Made by a program: the position numbers and the translations under genes. Shown here piece by piece: positions 59,526-64,000 of a DNA stretch of 64,000 nt. The stretch lies in assembly GCF_054482525.1 (NCBI RefSeq), contig NZ_CM137006.1. One strand, written 5' to 3'. The notes beneath the pieces are model-generated. The model was not told the origin of the DNA. It saw only the letters and a program-made list of their open reading frames with translations, and did no database searches. Within the stretch, counting starts at the first letter, position 1. Each line of letters begins with the position of its first letter.

Positions 59526-60365
59526 TCAGGACTGAAATCCACTCAACATCGCTTCTGCCATCACCCAGAGAGCCCGGTTGAGCTTCACATCTCCGTCGAT
59601 ACCACGCACGGCGCGGGTATGCGTTCGCCCGCCTTTCGCACTCCGACCACTGAGCCCGCCCTTAATCAGGTTCTCCTGAATACGCTGATATGTGGTCCAC
59701 AGATCATTGCTCTCATCCTGCCAGCGGCGTGGGGAGAGTATCTGAGGTGCTGTCACTGGCTGGTGGTCCTCACCGAAACGGTACGTCAGTGCAGCCTGTG
59801 CCAGAGCCTGTTGTGCAGGTGGCGGCAGCATCAGCGACTGCATGGCATCCCGCTTCTCTTCCACACGGTCAAAAATACCCAGTACTTCATACGCCCCCTC
59901 AATCACCTGACTCACAACATCTCCTTTGTGCGGCACACGCACCTCGCCAAACGACTCACCGCAGACAAGCCCGTTCTGGCATACCGCGCGGAATAATCCC
60001 GGCAGCATCTGATACGAGCTGGTGCCGTCATGAGAGTTGAGCAGAATGATTTCCGGGACTTGCTTGCCGGTAATTTGCCCCTCCCGACGCAGGCGCAGCA
60101 TGTGCTTTGTGTGGTCGCGGCGACCTGGGTCACGCACTCTGGTCTGACAGGCAAAGAAGGGCTGAAAGCCTTCGCGCTGCAGACTGTCGAGGAGAGAAAT
60201 CGTGGGTATATATGTGTACCGTTCACTGCGAGATTCGTGTTTGTCCTCGCTGAAAACACTGGGCACTACACGAAATAGCTCTTCGCGGGTTAACGGACGG
60301 TCACGACGGATAAGATTTGATGCGCCAAAGCGCGAAGCCAGACGGGTCATAAGCAGACTCCTCAT
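59526..60365 (-). CDS. YfjQ/YafZ-like protein (DUF932/UPF0380-like)
   Basis: 279 aa; island synteny yfjP-yfjQ-yfjR; family assignment from memory. Confidence 0.5.
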   Translation of the reverse strand: MRSLLMTRLASRFGASNLIRRDRPLTREELFRVVPSVFSEDKHESRSERYTYIPTISLLDSLQREGFQPFFACQTRVRDPGRRDHTKHMLRLRREGQITGKQVPEIILLNSHDGTSSYQMLPGLFRAVCQNGLVCGESFGEVRVPHKGDVVSQVIEGAYEVLGIFDRVEEKRDAMQSLMLPPPAQQALAQAALTYRFGEDHQPVTAPQILSPRRWQDESNDLWTTYQRIQENLIKGGLSGRSAKGGRTHTRAVRGIDGDVKLNRALWVMAEAMLSGFQS

Positions 60366-60445
60366 GATGGGAAAATAAAGACAGAAAAGCCCTACCGCTC
60401 AATCGCGGCAGGGCTCAGGAAACTACGGGTTAGAAGGGTTAATGT

Positions 60446-61309
60446 TCAGAAGAAGAAGTTCCAGACTGCACGAGCGACCGATACCACGATGTCGCGTACA
60501 GACTGGATGACAGTCCGAACCGGGGACGGTATCAGGGGCATGGAACTTACTGTATCCAGTACCGAGCCGACCGTTTCACCAAAATCGTCGCGGGCTTTTT
60601 TATTAATGGCATCGGTACGAAGTGGATCACTAAGCTGTACCGCCACCGGACTACTGGCCTCCCGCGGCAGGCAATGAATCATCCGTTCAGCCATTACCCG
60701 CAGCCCCCATTGCAAACGTACCGACACCGCACAGACAGGGTTAACAGGTTGGAACAACTCATGCAGTAGACAGATTTTGCGGCTGATATTTTGTTTCTGC
60801 TCTGTAGACAGCTTTTCACCACCGCTGGTGGGTTCAACCTTGTCGGACTGACTGATAACAAACAACACCTTATGCCGGTATGCTTCACCAATCACCTGCA
60901 GGTAAAAATGTTCATCCACCGCTAGTGCTCGATCATCGGCCTTAATCAGCCACAGTACCAGATCGAGTTGCGTCAGTTGCTGGCGATACATCGCAGCATA
61001 TTCCGCATCACGACTTTTGCTTTCACCGACACCGGGCAGATCTACTATGGTCATAAAGCGTTCGCCAACTTGCAGGCGAAAGCGCAAAGGTTCGCGTGTG
61101 CAGGCGCTCACATCGCTGACCGGAGAGATTTTTCCGGCAAACAGCGCATTACAGAGTGATGATTTACCCGACCCGGTTTTCCCCATAATGCCGATCACCG
61201 GCTCATAGTGAGTAAGCTGGTTTACCTGTTGCAGAATACGCTCTGATGCCCACTGCGGCAGGCCAGAAAGCGATTGCTGCAGCGACTGCAAACCTTCAGA
61301 TTTTTTCAT
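60446..61309 (-). CDS. YfjP/YkfA-family GTPase
   Basis: G1 motif GKTGSGKSS, G3 DLPG, SQSDK; start at MKKSEG preceded by GAGGA. Confidence 0.8.
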   Translation of the reverse strand: MKKSEGLQSLQQSLSGLPQWASERILQQVNQLTHYEPVIGIMGKTGSGKSSLCNALFAGKISPVSDVSACTREPLRFRLQVGERFMTIVDLPGVGESKSRDAEYAAMYRQQLTQLDLVLWLIKADDRALAVDEHFYLQVIGEAYRHKVLFVISQSDKVEPTSGGEKLSTEQKQNISRKICLLHELFQPVNPVCAVSVRLQWGLRVMAERMIHCLPREASSPVAVQLSDPLRTDAINKKARDDFGETVGSVLDTVSSMPLIPSPVRTVIQSVRDIVVSVARAVWNFFF

Positions 61310-61431
61310 CACGGTTCCTCTGAAATAAAAAAAACGGCAGAACAATGGAGTTCAGCCGTTAATGAGGTATGTTCAGGGTAATGATATATATCTGTTTCTT
61401 TTTCAGATAAACCCGCGCAATCGATTAGAGA

Positions 61432-62490
61432 TCAGGAATGCGCCCTGACTTTTTCTGTTTTTACCATTAATCCGGCATACTCACGTTCAATAAGTGAGGA
61501 CATTAAATCTGACTCAGACTCACCATATATTTCTGACAGTCTGGCGAGTTTCTTTTTAGTTCTGGCTGAAATTTTTATTGTCATATCGTTCTCTTTAGAC
61601 TGTCTGCGAAACAGTTTCTGATCCCAGGCTTTTTGCAGTTCACCCATCAGGACTGCTTTATGTCGCAGGGGAGAGCGCGGAAGCGTCAGTAAATCAGCGA
61701 AGTTCTGACTCATTTTTTTTCGATTTCCCTTTAAATAACTCAGTTGCTCATGAGTCCAGCCCTCCCACTGATCAAAAGTAGCACAAATAAAAAGCCAGCG
61801 TTGATAGTTATTCAGCGGATTTATCGGAGGGCAAACCGCCTTCTTTTTCATCAGGTTCCATACCCACAAGCACTGTTTTTCATCATTGATATCCAGCCAT
61901 GAAAAAGCTTCAGGAAAGTCACCACAGGCCTGTCCCCATGCAGTATTTATTGCTTTTATTAGCTTGCGCCGGGTTTCAGTTTCTGCATCACAGAGTTCTC
62001 TTAATACACACTCAAAAACATCATCAACTCCAGTTGCCATTTCCCTCATGAATGGTGAGTAAATCCCATTGGCGTAATAAAAATCTGGCGGCATCATCTT
62101 TTTTGGAGTGGACATTTTACCCAGGGTTGATTTTTCAGAAGCTGATTCAAGGTTTGTGTTTAATATGTTTTCTAACAGCTCATCACCTTCATAACCCTTA
62201 CCTTCATTTGTTTGATTAAAATTAAATTCTGGCATCATTCCTGGAAGTGTTGCTGCTTTATTTTTTTCAATACTTAGCTCAATTGACTCCGTCCCCAGAG
62301 CCCTAGCAGATATCTGACTGGGTTCGTCTATATGATCCTGGCGAACAACTGCTGACCTCCACTCACTCAGAAAACGAGCAATATAGAAAAAATAGAAACA
62401 TGCGGCACGGGGATTTTTATCAAGCCACCTCAGCTTCTTTTTTAATAACTTGTATTTTTCTTGAGCGCCCAGCGCCTTCTCTTTGCTCAT
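61432..62490 (-). CDS. Hypothetical protein (352 aa), no recognisable motifs
   Basis: Long ORF with a Lys-rich N-terminus, upstream of the GTPase on the same strand. Confidence 0.5.
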   Translation of the reverse strand: MSKEKALGAQEKYKLLKKKLRWLDKNPRAACFYFFYIARFLSEWRSAVVRQDHIDEPSQISARALGTESIELSIEKNKAATLPGMMPEFNFNQTNEGKGYEGDELLENILNTNLESASEKSTLGKMSTPKKMMPPDFYYANGIYSPFMREMATGVDDVFECVLRELCDAETETRRKLIKAINTAWGQACGDFPEAFSWLDINDEKQCLWVWNLMKKKAVCPPINPLNNYQRWLFICATFDQWEGWTHEQLSYLKGNRKKMSQNFADLLTLPRSPLRHKAVLMGELQKAWDQKLFRRQSKENDMTIKISARTKKKLARLSEIYGESESDLMSSLIEREYAGLMVKTEKVRAHS

Positions 62491-63466
62491 TATTCACCCA
62501 GATTCAGTTTCCATTAATGATGTCATTATGATGTAAAACCATAGGCAATCAACAGGAAAAAATGTAATTTCAAGAGTGAGTAATGATGAATCAATGTATT
62601 TTTTTCGTAGTAGATTCGTAGTAAGATATCGCGTGGCAAAACACTAATTATCAACAGGTTGTAAGTGCTCCCTTCCTCAGACTACCATTACCAATATGGG
62701 ACTGCAGTATGAAGACCCTGGCATGTGAAGTTAAACAACAACGACATGACATTCGTGATGTTGCCATGCGTTGGGGAGTGCAAATCAAACGACCTGCGTC
62801 ATTCCTTCATCAGGATTTCTGCTACCCTGATAGGGTCAGCACCTCCGCACACTTCGTGACAATCGCAACATCAGATGACACCCGATGCGATTGCTGATAT
62901 CGCATTCGTGTTGTTTTCGATAATTAAGGTTAATTAATAATATAGTGCATAGTGCCTGCCCTTTCTCATCCATGCCCCATTTTACCCTTGGACCGTGTTT
63001 CAACATATTTACATTCAGTACCTGTTTCTCCACGCGCTATCTTCCCTGCAAAAAAAAACAGTACCAGGCAATCCTTTGAGCAAAAACCAAAGGATTACTG
63101 AAATACAAAAACACTACCCATCTTTCCAGAATATTATCCCTGATGATTGCCTTCTCAACATGATTAATCACCACCTTAATCAGATGCTGGAACGTTACTC
63201 AAAGATTCTGGCTTTTCGCATGGACTTCAGTTACCGGAAAGGAATCAATAGGTATATCCGTAATTCCGCCCTTGAAATATAGGATGTTCTTCGCGAGTTA
63301 ATGCCATCCATTTTAACCAAAGATGCGTCTGTGGCTGTTTTTGGGCGTTAGAATGGACAAGAGAAGGTGCAGTGCACTCACATGCCATTTTTTATATCAA
63401 TGGACAAAATCATAAGAAATCATTCCCTTTTGTACTGGAGGCAAAAAGCATGTGGTTAAAAATCTC

Positions 63467-63490
63467 GAAGGAAGAAGGAAGAAGGAAGAA
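63467..63490. repeat. Tandem 7-bp purine repeat GAAGGAA x about 3.4
   Basis: GAAGGAAGAAGGAAGAAGGAAGAA in the non-coding stretch upstream of alpA. Confidence 0.7.
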
Positions 63491-63783
63491 TAAAATGGTG
63501 TCCGGCGGATAGTTATCACAGGGATACTATAAACAGAATAGTGGAATAAAAAAATGAGGTTGATGTGCAGAGTTTGAGACGGATAGCCAGCTATCAGACA
63601 AAAGAAGACCAGAAATATGGATTACCAATATGGGGATACAACGAAATTAATTTGCCCGCCAGACAGGGCAGACCGAGGAAGTTTAGTTAGTTTTTTACAG
63701 CAGCACCGGTTGCTATGCCGGAGTGGGTAGTAGTAATTCATCACTGGACTCCGGTACTTATTTAGCTACCGGAGAATCAAATC

Positions 63784-63996
63784 ATGACCAGTAAACCTTC
63801 CTTGTCCGAAGACCAGTTCGTTGATATGGCTTTTATCACCCGCCTGCTGGGGGTCAGCGATAAATGGATTTACCGACTCATTAAGGATGGCATATTTCCA
63901 AAACCCATCAAACTGGGACGAAGCTCCCGCTGGTTACAAAGCGAAGTCGAAGCCTGGCTGCAGGCCCGTATTGATGCATCCCGCCCTCAACACTAA
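63784..63996 (+). CDS. alpA: AlpA-family phage regulatory protein / excisionase-like (MerR-type HTH)
   Basis: 70 aa; MTSKPSLSEDQFVDMAFITRLLGVSDKWIYRLIKDGIFPKP... is typical AlpA. Confidence 0.8.
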   Translation: MTSKPSLSEDQFVDMAFITRLLGVSDKWIYRLIKDGIFPKPIKLGRSSRWLQSEVEAWLQARIDASRPQH

Positions 63997-64000
63997 ACCC

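Noticed and set aside
62995-63282. 95-aa plus-strand ORF upstream of alpA
   Set aside because: No recognisable motifs or RBS; could be real but evidence is insufficient

Overview
This window is an Escherichia coli chromosomal segment, syntenic with the K-12 yahB-pdeL-bet-ykg-rcl-eaeH-ykgMO-ecp-pao region but in the opposite orientation and from a non-K-12-like strain. All calls are from reading the sequence and ORF track by eye and from recalled protein families; no searches or computations were run. Core content (1-45.4 kb): yahB 3' end, pdeL, betT/betIBA, ykgH, ykgEFG (lutABC-like), rclR/rclABC, an intact aldo-keto reductase and an intact Rob-like AraC regulator (ykgA), full-length eaeH/fdeC adhesin, a redox cluster (two AKRs, two LysR regulators, a Cys-hydrolase, an Old-Yellow-Enzyme-like reductase), ykgR, Zur-box-controlled ykgM-ykgO, ecpRABCDE, ykgJ, yagU and paoABCD. 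From 45.4 to 50.8 kb lies a rearranged stretch: a mocA-like stub, an MFS transporter, a second LysR/Cys-hydrolase pair, a degenerate second copy of the ykgR-ykgMO flanks, and a junction between a 5'-truncated SDR gene and a 3' integrase fragment. From 50.8 kb to the window end is a CP4-57/CP4-6-type genomic island: CbtA/CbeA-like toxin-antitoxin, DUF987, RadC-like, a degraded IS3-like element, yfjR/yfjQ/yfjP-like genes, two paralogous secreted 4-Cys proteins and alpA at the edge. The most interesting element is an AT-rich cargo gene (54580-56313) encoding a 577-aa ABC-ATPase + TOPRIM protein of the OLD family (P2 Old / Gabija GajA / PARIS-like) with no recognisable partner gene; it is a candidate stand-alone or orphaned anti-phage nuclease.
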